From contig CAKTYT010000002.1 in assembly GCA_934633695.1 (NCBI GenBank), positions 38,767 to 102,766 of the forward strand: DNA of 64,000 nucleotides, written 5' to 3'. This document shows positions 10,168-20,065 of the stretch, in pieces (position 1 is the first letter of the stretch; each line of letters opens with the position of its first letter). Source of the DNA: an uncultured Clostridia bacterium. Its GTDB lineage: Bacteria > Bacillota > Clostridia > Christensenellales > CAG-138. Under the pieces are notes generated by a model, which was not told where the DNA came from, did not search any database, and saw nothing but the letters and a program-made list of their open reading frames with translations. The translations under genes and the position numbers were made by a program.

Positions 10168-10807
10168 TCCCAATTCCTCCTTTTACAAGCACTTCAAATA
10201 TTTTATCGCTGTCAAGGTCAGTTTCGATAAAGTTCGGTATTTCCTTAATTGCCTTGCACATGCCAAGGCTGAATCTTATGAATATTTTCTCCGTCTGTTC
10301 CATACTGAAACGGTGCATGTTCGTGACGGAAAGTGTCGCAATGCTGTGGGCAACGAGCCACATGCTCATAAAGAAATACTCGGCCTGCTTTTCGGTCATG
10401 TTATACGTCCCGCATATGGATGCCTTTGTCCGCTGCCTTGAACTGACGACCATCTCTATTTCCGCACCTTCAACATTTTTCATATCCCTTCCCGGGGTCA
10501 AAAACAGCAGTCTGTACAGCTCCGGCTCTTCCGAAGCAAACCGGACGTATTGCTTTCCAAAGCCAAAAAACGGTTTTTCTTCAGCGAGTCCCTTTTCAAT
10601 GTACCCGTTGTAAACCTCCTTGGCTTTTTTTACGACCTCCTCACATACTTCATCCATGTTGTTAAAGTAAGTAAAAATGGGTCTTGTCGATACGCCAAGT
10701 ACGGCGGCGATCTTCCTCGTTGTCAATGCACTTATCCCATTGTCTCTTACAACCCTCACCGCTGCCATGACGACTTCATCCATTGTAAATTTAACCTTCG
10801 GCGGCAT
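10151..10807 (-). CDS. TetR/AcrR family transcriptional regulator
   Basis: The N-terminal HTH reads AAVRVVRDNGISALTTRKIAAVLGVSTRPIFTYFNNMDEV. The start was chosen at the second ATG (10 nt after GGGAGG). The gene heads the ABC-2 operon. Confidence 0.8.
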   Translation of the reverse strand: MPPKVKFTMDEVVMAAVRVVRDNGISALTTRKIAAVLGVSTRPIFTYFNNMDEVCEEVVKKAKEVYNGYIEKGLAEEKPFFGFGKQYVRFASEEPELYRLLFLTPGRDMKNVEGAEIEMVVSSRQRTKASICGTYNMTEKQAEYFFMSMWLVAHSIATLSVTNMHRFSMEQTEKIFIRFSLGMCKAIKEIPNFIETDLDSDKIFEVLVKGGIGNGEDH

Positions 10808-10946
10808 ATTTCGCATACCTCCCTTTCCAATAATACAGGCTCACATTTCGAACGATGCATAACTTTTGATGCGTAACATAATTATTTTAAACAAAACGCT
10901 CCGGCATGTCAATAGCCGAAGCGTCTAAATACAGGAATATTATTCC

Positions 10947-12821
10947 TCAGTCGCATATTTCCTCGCTCATATTTGCTCTGACCGGGGGGAGAATAATGGC
11001 ATTTTCATCATTCAGCGTCCTCTTATCGATGTACTGCTGCGGAACAAACCCGTAATAGCTGCGATATCTCACATATACCCACGAGCCAACTCTGTGCATG
11101 ACGGTAACATTCATTCCGCTCTTAAGTGTAAAGACTTCGCCACTGTATTGAGAGGGCGAGCTGTACATCGTGCATTGTGCATTCGCTCTGCCGTCCTGAT
11201 AGAGGAAACTACCGTCTGTGGGTGAAGGGAAGAGGTTTACGTCAATATAGTCTCCGCGTATAAAGCCGAGAATGCCGTCTGCAATACAGATTATCCAACC
11301 TTCCTTTTCACCGACAATGTCTACGTGAGAGTATTTTGTTACTTTTGCAACGACACGATAGTTTGTTCCCGGACCTGAACGCATATTCACCGTATTGACA
11401 TTCACATAACCGTAAGCGAGCACCGTTTTTGTATAGGAAAACGGTTTTTCCGGATTCCGCTCTTCTACCTGTGAAATTTTGAATTTTCGATAGTAGAAAT
11501 TCAGAATCGAGCGATGACTCATCCCCTCCAATGCCCTTGCCTGAGCTCCGTACTGAGAAAGTCCCAATCCATGTCCCCACCTGCAAAAGTAGACATTATA
11601 ACCATCGGTGGTGGATTCCCCCCAGTAGATCTTGTAGGGCTTATCGAACACGCCCGCCTGCTTGAGTGCGGTCATATCTATTGTCAGCTCAACGTCCCTC
11701 GTGCTCCCCTCTGCCGAAACCCAAAGATTGAGCTTGAGCTTTGTAAGGTTTCTTTTGCTGCCCGAGATTTTCGGAGTTGTCGCCCTTGCAGAGTTGACGC
11801 ACACAACGCTTGCGTTTAGCCCGAGCTGACTGCTGAGTTCACTTTCGAGAAGGTTTTTGAAAGCTGAATTTGTAATGCTCTCACCATATTTAATTTCAAG
11901 TGTCTGCCTTCTGTTCGGAGTAAACTCAAAATCAATATCATCAAGGCGTATTTCGTACGCATGGTCAATGCCGCTTGAACCGAAAACATTCGAAGGCAGA
12001 TCCGTCTCTCCGCCGTTTGTAGCACCGTAGAAAGCCATCAGGATTTCCCCATCCTTGGAAAGTATCTCGCCGCAAACGTCAAGACAGGCTTTCATGCACT
12101 TGTCATACCCTTCTTTGTAGCCTCTGTACCCTTGGTAAGTAAACGAATCAGTTATGTCATAATCATCGGTTGCATAGGAATATCCAAACGCATATGCCTT
12201 TGAGGCAACAGCCTGTGCCCTCAATGCCTTAATATCATTCGACTCTGACATTTCATACGGTATAATACCGTAGAGATAGTGGACAGTCGGAACAATATTT
12301 ATCATTCTTATCGTTCCATTGCTGTTGACACTCAGCGAAATATTGCCGAGGTAGCTTCTGCCGTCATTGCTTCCGCCGCTGCCGCTCAGCGTTGCATATC
12401 CACCGCTTTCGTTAAGCATAACGCGGTTAATAAGTACTGCTGCCGACGAGGTAATGACAGTATTTCCGGTTTTTACTGTAATTTTGCCATTTTCAGCAGT
12501 TATTTTCAACGTATACGGAGTATCTTTTGTCCCGACGAGAGAACGCATATTGGAATTTAAGTAATATGCTCCATAAAGATCCAGCGTTATACTCGATGCA
12601 TCGGCAAGGGAAATCAGCACTCTTGTGTAGGAAAAATCTTCCTCCGTTCCCTTAGGGTTATTGCGTGTCATCGGCATTGATTCATCAACAACCTTTTCCG
12701 TAGGTTCCCTGACTTCATCTTCTTCAAGAGTACATTGTGCCGCAATGCTTCCGACACAGCAGAACAGCATGGCAAATGCCATCAGGCAGCAAAAAAAAGC
12801 TTCAACTCTTCTGAATTTCAT
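10947..12821 (-). CDS. SpoIID/LytB domain protein with C-terminal SH3b repeats
   Basis: The product has a signal peptide and SpoIID motifs (QAVASKAYAFGY, AFYGATNGGETD, WGHGLGLSQYGAQ). Two SH3b-like segments follow (VNMRSGPGTNYRVVAKV..., MYSSPSQYSGEVFTLKSG...). Confidence 0.85.
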   Translation of the reverse strand: MKFRRVEAFFCCLMAFAMLFCCVGSIAAQCTLEEDEVREPTEKVVDESMPMTRNNPKGTEEDFSYTRVLISLADASSITLDLYGAYYLNSNMRSLVGTKDTPYTLKITAENGKITVKTGNTVITSSAAVLINRVMLNESGGYATLSGSGGSNDGRSYLGNISLSVNSNGTIRMINIVPTVHYLYGIIPYEMSESNDIKALRAQAVASKAYAFGYSYATDDYDITDSFTYQGYRGYKEGYDKCMKACLDVCGEILSKDGEILMAFYGATNGGETDLPSNVFGSSGIDHAYEIRLDDIDFEFTPNRRQTLEIKYGESITNSAFKNLLESELSSQLGLNASVVCVNSARATTPKISGSKRNLTKLKLNLWVSAEGSTRDVELTIDMTALKQAGVFDKPYKIYWGESTTDGYNVYFCRWGHGLGLSQYGAQARALEGMSHRSILNFYYRKFKISQVEERNPEKPFSYTKTVLAYGYVNVNTVNMRSGPGTNYRVVAKVTKYSHVDIVGEKEGWIICIADGILGFIRGDYIDVNLFPSPTDGSFLYQDGRANAQCTMYSSPSQYSGEVFTLKSGMNVTVMHRVGSWVYVRYRSYYGFVPQQYIDKRTLNDENAIILPPVRANMSEEICD

Positions 12822-12825
12822 TCAC

Positions 12826-13548
12826 TCATTCATCTCCGTTCCTGTTTTCGAGAATTCTCTCCACTGCAAGCTTTGCAAGAGCAAGTCCGAATGCCCCCGG
12901 CACGAACGGCACACTCGCAGGAGCGTTCGGCTTCATATCCGGGTCAGGTGCAGGAATGAGCGGTACAATGGGTTCTTCAACCGAATAGACGACAGTAAGG
13001 CTTTCTACTCCGCGTTTTTTCAGTTCCCGGCGCATTACCCTGGCCAGCGGATCAATGGAAGTTTTGTAAATATCGGTCGAACGTATACAAGTCGGGTCGA
13101 ATCTGTTGCCTGCTCCCATACTCGAAAGCACCGGGATCCCTCTCTTTTTCGCTTCAGTAATGATCGCGATTTTCGCGGTTACAGTGTCCACGGCATCGAT
13201 AACAATATCTGCATTGTCGGGAATAAGTCCGCAAATATTTTCGGGCATCGCAAATGCATCGACTGCACTCGCACTGCAATCGGAAACATCCTCAACATGA
13301 CGCTTCATCGCCTCGACTTTTTTCATTCCGACAGTGGATTTTTTTGCACAAATCTGGCGGTTTAAATTGCTCGGCTTAACGCACGCAGAATCAATTAATA
13401 CAATATTGCCGACGCCGCATCTGGCAAGAGCATCAACACAATGTCCGCCAACTCCGCCGACTCCGAAAACAACAACACACGCCTCTTCAAGCTTTTTCTC
13501 AGCATTCTCGCCGAGAACCATGGCAGTCCTGTAAAAGCTCGGTTTCAT
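12826..13548 (-). CDS. tcdA: tRNA threonylcarbamoyladenosine dehydratase (ThiF/TcdA family)
   Basis: The product shows the Rossmann motif VVVFGVGGVGGHCVDALAR and LIDSACVKPSNLNRQ, typical of TcdA/CsdL. Confidence 0.85.
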   Translation of the reverse strand: MKPSFYRTAMVLGENAEKKLEEACVVVFGVGGVGGHCVDALARCGVGNIVLIDSACVKPSNLNRQICAKKSTVGMKKVEAMKRHVEDVSDCSASAVDAFAMPENICGLIPDNADIVIDAVDTVTAKIAIITEAKKRGIPVLSSMGAGNRFDPTCIRSTDIYKTSIDPLARVMRRELKKRGVESLTVVYSVEEPIVPLIPAPDPDMKPNAPASVPFVPGAFGLALAKLAVERILENRNGDE

Positions 13549-13650
13549 TTTTTCATTCCCTCCGAGTACACTTCATCCGTTTCCGCTAATCATAGCACAG
13601 TTTTGTTTCAAATTAAAGTCCTTTCATCTCAAAAAAGCACGCATTCCTGC

Positions 13651-13695
13651 CAAAAGAGCTGCCGGGAAAAGACAAAGTCAGTCTCCGACAGCTCT
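13651..13695 (-). terminator. Probable terminator after the 13740..14036 gene
   Basis: An 11-bp stem with one mismatch (13655-13665 with 13685-13695) is followed on the minus strand by TTTT. Confidence 0.5.
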
Positions 13696-13739
13696 TTCTT
13701 ATTCGCTTTTACTAATTAATTGGTCAGTCCTATGCACCG

Positions 13740-14036
13740 TTACTCTTCGGGCGAAACAGCCTCCAAGTGGCATTTCCCTTCCATACTGGTACAAAGCATG
13801 AATGGTCCGCCACTACGCACCTCCCAGTACTCTTCGTCAAAATCACAAACAAGTGCGTTCGGGTACATTGTCCTGAATCCGACCAGCCAAAGCTGTTCCG
13901 CGGGAAGCAGTGTCTCACCCGCATAATACTGAGCATGATACCAGTCATGGAGTTCGCACATATCGGCAAAGTTTGTCCGGTAAGTTCTGAAGTCAGCGCC
14001 GATCGCGTCACTCATCACTCCTTCCAGCAGCTCCAT
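13740..14036 (-). CDS. Hypothetical small acidic cytoplasmic protein
   Basis: The 98-aa ORF is last in the 15904->13740 minus-strand gene string. It has no clear RBS and no recognisable motif, and competing ORFs exist in other frames. Confidence 0.4.
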   Translation of the reverse strand: MELLEGVMSDAIGADFRTYRTNFADMCELHDWYHAQYYAGETLLPAEQLWLVGFRTMYPNALVCDFDEEYWEVRSGGPFMLCTSMEGKCHLEAVSPEE

Positions 14037-14072
14037 AAAGCCGGACGGGTCGCGGACGATCTTATAGAATGT

Positions 14073-14642
14073 CTATTGGTACGTTCTGTCGTCTCCGCTC
14101 GTATACTGTTCAAGTCTCAGATATCCTGCCCAAAGTGAGCTTACATCGGACTGGTCACATTCCGAAATATCTTCCTTGTATTTGAACTCCAACGCCGCCA
14201 CTTTTTCACCATCTTCATTGCACAGACTTATGCGTAGATATTTGTGGTTGAACGGATACCAAAAAGCGTTATATACCCCTTCTTTACCTTCCACAGATAA
14301 CTCGACCTGCTCGAATGCTTCGGCGAGGTCGGGAACAAGCTCATCGCTGAGGACGAGGATTTCAGGTTCGTAATAGCTTGAAAGAACAGGGTCATGAAGA
14401 TCTACAGTGGCATGGACAATCTCCTGATCGAAAACAACGCGGAAATCACCCCTCGCTTCATCAGATTCACTCTCTTCACCGTCATCGGGCATGTCTGTCG
14501 CTTCAGGTGTCGCTTCGACGCTGCCGTCATCCGCAAGACTCCTCACGCATGCGACGGAAGAAAGAACCATTGCTGCCGTCAGCACAAGGCATACGATAAA
14601 ACGAACGAGCATCTTTAAAATCGTTTCTTTTTTTGTTTTCAT
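14073..14642 (-). CDS. Hypothetical lipoprotein / secreted acidic protein
   Basis: AGGAGG lies 6 nt before the ATG. A signal peptide with LSSVAC lipobox-like Cys is followed by an Asp/Glu-rich linker. Confidence 0.65.
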   Translation of the reverse strand: MKTKKETILKMLVRFIVCLVLTAAMVLSSVACVRSLADDGSVEATPEATDMPDDGEESESDEARGDFRVVFDQEIVHATVDLHDPVLSSYYEPEILVLSDELVPDLAEAFEQVELSVEGKEGVYNAFWYPFNHKYLRISLCNEDGEKVAALEFKYKEDISECDQSDVSSLWAGYLRLEQYTSGDDRTYQ

Positions 14643-14659
14643 ACTTTACCTCCTGAAAA

Positions 14660-15904
14660 TCAATTAATCTCTTCTCCCGGAAATTCCATTGAATCCGGTG
14701 CTGTTCCTGGTCCGGCGTAATTGCATATCTTACACTGGGTTCCATTGTATACATGAGCTTGTGTCACCTGATTTTTGCACCCTGTGCATGTGCCTTTATG
14801 CCCCGCTGTCCCCGCACTTATCCACGATGCTACCGAGTGATTTTGCTTCAAAAACCATCCGCAGTTCGATTCTGAACAGTAAATCTTATGCTGAGTTGAA
14901 GATATGTTCTGATATTTGCGTTGATGCGAACTTGTTTTACTAAAATTGCAATAGGGACATCTAACCGTATGGTCTGTGTTCGTGTAACTCCATTCTTTTG
15001 TATGAGCTACTGTTTGAGATGCTCCGCAGGATGATACGGAACAAGTTTTTTTATGAAACGAATCATTAATCGACACATTCTGGCCAAAAGAGTGTGGTTT
15101 TTGTTCAATGAATCCTCAAATATCACAGCTTCTCGCATGAACATTTGCCCCTGCATAGACCCAACTGGACTTAACGTGATTCTCCGTTTCCGCATACGCA
15201 CAATGCTCACAATCCCTTTCATGCTCAGCATTTGAGATGCTTTCCCAACTACCGCAGTAATGAGTAATCGGATAACGGTAATACCTAATGTTTAAAAACA
15301 ACTGATTTCCTGATGTGACATCACAATATCCATCTGGGACTGCCGCAGGAGCATGATAATATACGCCTAATCTTCCGAATTTTGATATAAATCTCGTTGC
15401 AACACCATTCGCCACTTCCGCAACCAAGGCTGAGTGAGTCGGCACTGAACCTCTGAAGTACACCGCAATGTCAACAACTCTTGGTGTTTCACCGTGTCCT
15501 GTGACATCATAGGTACACTGATCTTCCAAGAAAGCATCGATCTTTTCTATCCAGTACACATTCGTATTTGGATTGTGTGCGTACCATGCAAAAGAATGAC
15601 AATTATATGAATCATTTGCATTTTCAACCCATACCATCGTTTCAGATAAACGAGTTATACTGTTTCGAAAGGTTTGATCAAATTCTATTTGGTGTGCAGC
15701 ATCCTGAGGTACACCATTCGGTTTTGACACAAACTCAACAGTATTTCCTCCTGCTGTCAGCAAGTATCCACGAATTTCCGAAGTAATTCCACCACCAATG
15801 GATGATGCACTCGCTACAGGCTTCACTACGGAAGCCGTAAGCACAGAAAACGCCACCGCCACAAAAAACGCAACCAATTTCCTGATTTGCCGCTTTTTTT
15901 TCAT
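14660..15904 (-). pseudogene. Secreted protein (papain-like Cys/His N-domain plus six H-x3-C-x2/4-C-x7-H repeats) interrupted by a single in-frame TGA at 15116-15118
   Basis: ORFs 15116..15904 (262 aa, signal peptide MKKKRQIRKLVAFFVAVAFSVLTA) and 14660..15076 share one frame. All codons between them are open except the TGA. The 262-aa upstream part could still be made. Confidence 0.6.
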
Positions 15905-16032
15905 AAAACACCTCTTTTCATTTATTTGTTAATGCATTAAACATACCTGATTATACCACATGTCCCCCCCGCTGTCAACGTGTTGTTCCAAATTTTTGCA
16001 TATATATTATTAATACTGTACGTAACCATAAT

Positions 16033-16060
16033 GAAAACCGCACGGCGGCGAGCCGTGCGG
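16033..16060 (-). terminator. Rho-independent terminator after rny
   Basis: A perfect 9-bp stem CCGCACGGC/GCCGTGCGG (16038-16046 with 16052-16060) is followed by TTTTC on the minus strand. Confidence 0.8.
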
Positions 16061-16090
16061 TCAAGCTGTTTATAAAAATGAATCCGGAAT

Positions 16091-17644
16091 TTACTTTGCG
16101 TATTCTGTTGCTCTTGTTTCCCTTATGACGTTGACCTTGATCTGACCCGGGTACTCAAGCTCTGCTTCGATACGCTTTACGATATCCTTTGCAATAACGA
16201 TGATGTCTGCATCGGAAACGGTATCGGAATGGACCATGATGCGGACTTCCCTGCCTGCCTGGATGGCAAAGCTCTTATCGACACCTTCAAACGAATTTGC
16301 AATTTCTTCGAGCTTCTCAAGGCGTTTGATGTAGTTTTCAAGGGTTTCACGCCTTGCACCGGGTCTTGCGGCGGAAATGGCATCGGCCGCCTGAACGAGA
16401 ACGGCTTCAACTGTATTCGCCTCAATATCACCGTGGTGAGCGAGAATGCAGTGAACAACCTGATTGTTTTCACGGTACTTCTTAGCAAGGTCGGCACCGA
16501 TCTGGTTATGCGTACCTTCAACCTCATGGTCAACCGCCTTGCCGATGTCGTGGAGCAGACCTGCACGCTTTGCAAGCTGAACATTCACACCAAGCTCGGT
16601 CGCCATAAGTCCTGCCAGATGAGCAACTTCAATCGAATGCTTAAGCACATTCTGACCGTAGCTCGTGCGGTAACGCAATCTGCCGAGAAGCTTTATAAGC
16701 TCGTGGTGCAGACCGTGTATGCCCACCTCAAATACGGCCTGTTCGCCTGCTTCGCGAATCTGCGTATCGACTTCTTTGCGTGCCTTTTCGACCATTTCTT
16801 CGATTCTGGCGGGGTGGATGCGTCCGTCGAGAATGAGCTTTTCAAGGGCGATCCTCGCAACCTCACGCCTCATCGGGTCAAATCCCGAAAGGATAACGGC
16901 TTCGGGAGTATCGTCGATTATGAGATCAACACCCGTTGCAGTCTCAAGAGTGCGTATATTTCTGCCCTCTCTGCCGATAATTCTGCCCTTCATTTCATCA
17001 TTGGGAAGGGATACAACGGAAACCGTGGATTCGGCAACGTGGTCGGCCGCACAACGCTGTATCGCCATCGAAATGATGTTGACGGCGCGCCTGTCCGCTT
17101 CGGCCTTTGCCTTTGTTTCAATGTCGCGGATGAGCAATGCGGCGTCATGCCTTGCATCTCTTTCTGCTTCATTAAGAACGATGTCCTTTGCTTCCTCGGC
17201 ACTCATGCCGGCAACGCGTTCAAGCTCCGCCCTCTGCTCTTCATAGAGCTTGTCGATGGAAGCCTCTTTAGCTTCCGCCGCCTTAAGTTTTTTGTTGAGG
17301 GACTGCTCCCTCTGTTCCAAGCTGTCCTGTTTCTTGTCGAAAGCTTCCTCACGCTGCTGAAGCCTTCTCTCCGCACGCTGCAGCTCATTGCGGCGGTCCT
17401 TGTTTTCTCTTTCATTTTCTGTTTTAAGTCGGTAGACCTCTTCCTTTGCCTCAAGAATAGTCTCCTTCTTCAGTGTCTCAGCTCGCTTCTGGGCGTCATC
17501 AACCATTTTCTTAACGAGTTCATCGGCCTTGGCGATCTTAGATTCTGCATTTTTCCTGTCATACATATAGGTACCGACAGCACCGCCGGCGATTCCGGCT
17601 ATGGCGGTTGCTATCGGGAGGATTATATTCAAAATCTCACTCAC
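16091..17644 (-). CDS. rny: Ribonuclease Y
   Basis: The product has an N-terminal TM helix, a long coiled coil, a KH domain and the HD motif GLLHDIGKA. The GTG start follows GGAGGTG. Confidence 0.95.
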   Translation of the reverse strand: MSEILNIILPIATAIAGIAGGAVGTYMYDRKNAESKIAKADELVKKMVDDAQKRAETLKKETILEAKEEVYRLKTENERENKDRRNELQRAERRLQQREEAFDKKQDSLEQREQSLNKKLKAAEAKEASIDKLYEEQRAELERVAGMSAEEAKDIVLNEAERDARHDAALLIRDIETKAKAEADRRAVNIISMAIQRCAADHVAESTVSVVSLPNDEMKGRIIGREGRNIRTLETATGVDLIIDDTPEAVILSGFDPMRREVARIALEKLILDGRIHPARIEEMVEKARKEVDTQIREAGEQAVFEVGIHGLHHELIKLLGRLRYRTSYGQNVLKHSIEVAHLAGLMATELGVNVQLAKRAGLLHDIGKAVDHEVEGTHNQIGADLAKKYRENNQVVHCILAHHGDIEANTVEAVLVQAADAISAARPGARRETLENYIKRLEKLEEIANSFEGVDKSFAIQAGREVRIMVHSDTVSDADIIVIAKDIVKRIEAELEYPGQIKVNVIRETRATEYAK

Positions 17645-17813
17645 AGAATTTTCACCTCCAATTTATGTAATGTACCCTCGAAATGTCCCAAAAAGGGCAT
17701 TTTACAGATACCTTTCTCCATTATACCTTTATCAGCATTCAATGTCAACAGTCCAAAGACGAAATGTTTCATATTTTTTTCAGTATATTTTATTTTGCGT
17801 ACTCTTTTAATAT

Positions 17814-17850
17814 AAAAAACCGTTGTAAGGGACTTTTTCCCTCACAACGG
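17814..17850 (-). terminator. Rho-independent terminator after recA
   Basis: A 13-bp stem with one mismatch (17820-17832 with 17838-17850) is followed by TTTTTT on the minus strand. Confidence 0.85.
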
Positions 17851-17882
17851 CTGCTGCAAACCAATCAGATTTTGATCAGCTT

Positions 17883-18929
17883 TTATTCATCGTCACGGAA
17901 TTCTTCCTTTTCGCTGTCCACCATTTCTTCGGTAACAACAGGCTTGGATTCATCCATAAGTCTTCTTATCGTACGCTCAATCTCGGCACAAACCTCGGGA
18001 TTGTCTTTAAGGAAGTTTCTTGCGTTTTCCCTGCCCTGACCGATCCTTATATCGCCGTAGGAGTACCATGCACCCGTCTTGCTGATTATTTTGTTATTGA
18101 CGGCCATATCGAGAATTGAACCTTCCTTTGAAACACCTTCGCCGTAGATAATGTCAAACTCGGCGACCTTAAAGGGCGGAGCGACCTTGTTCTTAACGAC
18201 TTTGATTCTCGTTCTGTTGCCTATGGGTTCATTTCCCTGCTTAATGACATCAACCTTCCTGACATCCAAGCGGACGGATGAGAAGAATTTGAGAGCCCTG
18301 CCGCCCGTTGTCGTTTCGGGATTGCCGAACATGACGCCGACTTTCTCACGAAGCTGATTGATGAAAATGACACATGTGTTGGATTTTCCGACAATTCCTG
18401 CAAGCTTCCTAAGTGCCTGGCTCATGAGTCTTGCCTGCAAGCCGACGTGCGAATCGCCCATATCGCCTTCAAGCTCTGCCTTCGGCACGAGTGCCGCAAC
18501 CGAGTCAATTACAATGACATCGATTGCTCCGCTGCGAACGAGTGAATCGGCAATATCCAGTGCCTGTTCACCGCTGTCGGGCTGCGAAATGTAGAGCATA
18601 TCAAGGTCAACACCGAGCTTTCTTGCGTATATTGGGTCAAGTGCATGTTCAGCGTCGATAAAGACGCACAGTCCGCCGAGCTTTTGAGCCTCTGCAACTA
18701 TGTGCAGGGCAATGGTCGTTTTACCGGAGGATTCCGGTCCGTATATTTCAATGATCCTGCCCTTCGGCACACCGCCGACGCCCAATGCGGCATCAAGCTC
18801 AATACACCCGGTAGGGATTGTTGAAACCTGAATCTTCGCAGCTGCATCACCCATACGCATTATCGCACCCTTGCCAAACTGCTTTTCGATCTGGCTCAAT
18901 GCAACTTCAAGTGCTTTTTCCTTCTGCAT
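17883..18929 (-). CDS. recA: Recombinase RecA
   Basis: The product shows [28 protein letters not shown] and the Walker A motif GPESSGKTT. The ATG at 18927-18929 has GGAGG upstream. Confidence 0.97.
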   Translation of the reverse strand: MQKEKALEVALSQIEKQFGKGAIMRMGDAAAKIQVSTIPTGCIELDAALGVGGVPKGRIIEIYGPESSGKTTIALHIVAEAQKLGGLCVFIDAEHALDPIYARKLGVDLDMLYISQPDSGEQALDIADSLVRSGAIDVIVIDSVAALVPKAELEGDMGDSHVGLQARLMSQALRKLAGIVGKSNTCVIFINQLREKVGVMFGNPETTTGGRALKFFSSVRLDVRKVDVIKQGNEPIGNRTRIKVVKNKVAPPFKVAEFDIIYGEGVSKEGSILDMAVNNKIISKTGAWYSYGDIRIGQGRENARNFLKDNPEVCAEIERTIRRLMDESKPVVTEEMVDSEKEEFRDDE

Positions 18930-18968
18930 AAAAACCTCCGTCAAATATTTTATCTTAATTATACCACG

Positions 18969-19466
18969 TTATTTAACGTTTCGCACCATTCTTTTCAGCA
19001 TTTGTACAGCTTCAAGATTGGTTTTCCTGCGAATATACATCCTATCGCCTTCAAAGTGGCATTCTTTCACCGCATAACCGTGCTCACAGGCAATGCCAAT
19101 GTATACAAGACCTGGCTCTCTTCCGTATTCATCCGCACCCGGACCCGCAAGCCCCGTTACAGCGACAGCAAAATCCGCTCCGCTCCGCTGCATTGCCCCG
19201 ATCGCCATTTGACCTGCGACCCTTTCAGAAACGGCAGTACAGGTTTTGAGCGTACCCTCGTCCACCCCGAGAAGCTCGTGCTTTGCTGTGTCCGAATAAG
19301 TGACAAACCCCTCGCAGAACCATCGCGAACTGCCCGGAACGTTGACAAAGCTTGAACAAATCATTCCTCCCGTCAGGCTTTCCGCCGCAGTAACCGTGCC
19401 GCCTGCCTCAACAAGCTCTTCAGCAAGCTCTCTCACCTGTGAATCAATCAGTTCATCAATCTTCAT
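18969..19466 (-). CDS. pncC: CinA C-terminal domain protein (nicotinamide-nucleotide amidohydrolase PncC type)
   Basis: The product contains the conserved TAAESLTGGM...VTYSDTAKHELLGV stretch. The start MKIDELI lies directly after the pgsA stop. Confidence 0.8.
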   Translation of the reverse strand: MKIDELIDSQVRELAEELVEAGGTVTAAESLTGGMICSSFVNVPGSSRWFCEGFVTYSDTAKHELLGVDEGTLKTCTAVSERVAGQMAIGAMQRSGADFAVAVTGLAGPGADEYGREPGLVYIGIACEHGYAVKECHFEGDRMYIRRKTNLEAVQMLKRMVRNVK

Positions 19467-19471
19467 TCCTC

Positions 19472-20065
19472 TTACCTGTCGCTGAAAAGATCTCTGCTGC
19501 CCATTGCATAGTCGATCCCGGACCAAACAGTCAGGATAACTGCCGAACACATCAGCACAAAATCAATGGGAATTCGTATCGCACTGAAAACCTGCCCCAG
19601 GAGAATGGTAACGAGCAGTGCTGCAAACTGCAATGTCGTCTTTGCCTTGCCGATATTCTTTGCAGCAATGACAATTCCCCTTGAAGCTGCCAGCTGACGT
19701 ATACCACTGACAAAGATCTCTCGTGCAATTATTATAAATGTAAATACTGGCATGAACCCGTTGCCCATGCTCATGACCTCAAACCGGCAAAGCATTATCA
19801 GTGCCGCTGAAGAGAGCAGTTTATCCGCAGTCGGATCCATGAGCTTGCCGAAATCGGTAACAAGGTTGCGTTTCCTTGCGATATTGCCGTCAAGCGTATC
19901 GGTGACATAGGCAATGAGAAAGACAATTGCTGCTATGAGATACTTTGTTTGCAGTGCACTACCTGCACAGTTTGCGTACACCCATGTTTCCGGAAGATAA
20001 AAGCAGGCTATGAATACCGGAATCATCAGAATTCTGAACATGGTAAGCTTGTTTGGCAAATTCAT
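19472..20065 (-). CDS. pgsA: CDP-diacylglycerol--glycerol-3-phosphate 3-phosphatidyltransferase
   Basis: The CDP-alcohol motif is DTLDGNIARKRNLVTDFGKLMDPTADK. The N-terminus is LPNKLTMFRI. Confidence 0.9.
   Translation of the reverse strand: MNLPNKLTMFRILMIPVFIACFYLPETWVYANCAGSALQTKYLIAAIVFLIAYVTDTLDGNIARKRNLVTDFGKLMDPTADKLLSSAALIMLCRFEVMSMGNGFMPVFTFIIIAREIFVSGIRQLAASRGIVIAAKNIGKAKTTLQFAALLVTILLGQVFSAIRIPIDFVLMCSAVILTVWSGIDYAMGSRDLFSDR

Noticed and set aside
15040-15116. SECIS element supporting selenocysteine at the TGA
   Set aside because: By eye I found only weak 4-5-bp pairings (for example CACA...TGTG), with no stable hairpin at the expected distance. The Sec reading is kept only as a low-probability alternative in the findings.
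16229-17815. 528-aa plus-strand ORF
   Set aside because: It is entirely antisense to the unmistakable rny gene. Its composition is low-complexity and Cys/Phe-rich, and it has no RBS. It is a shadow ORF.
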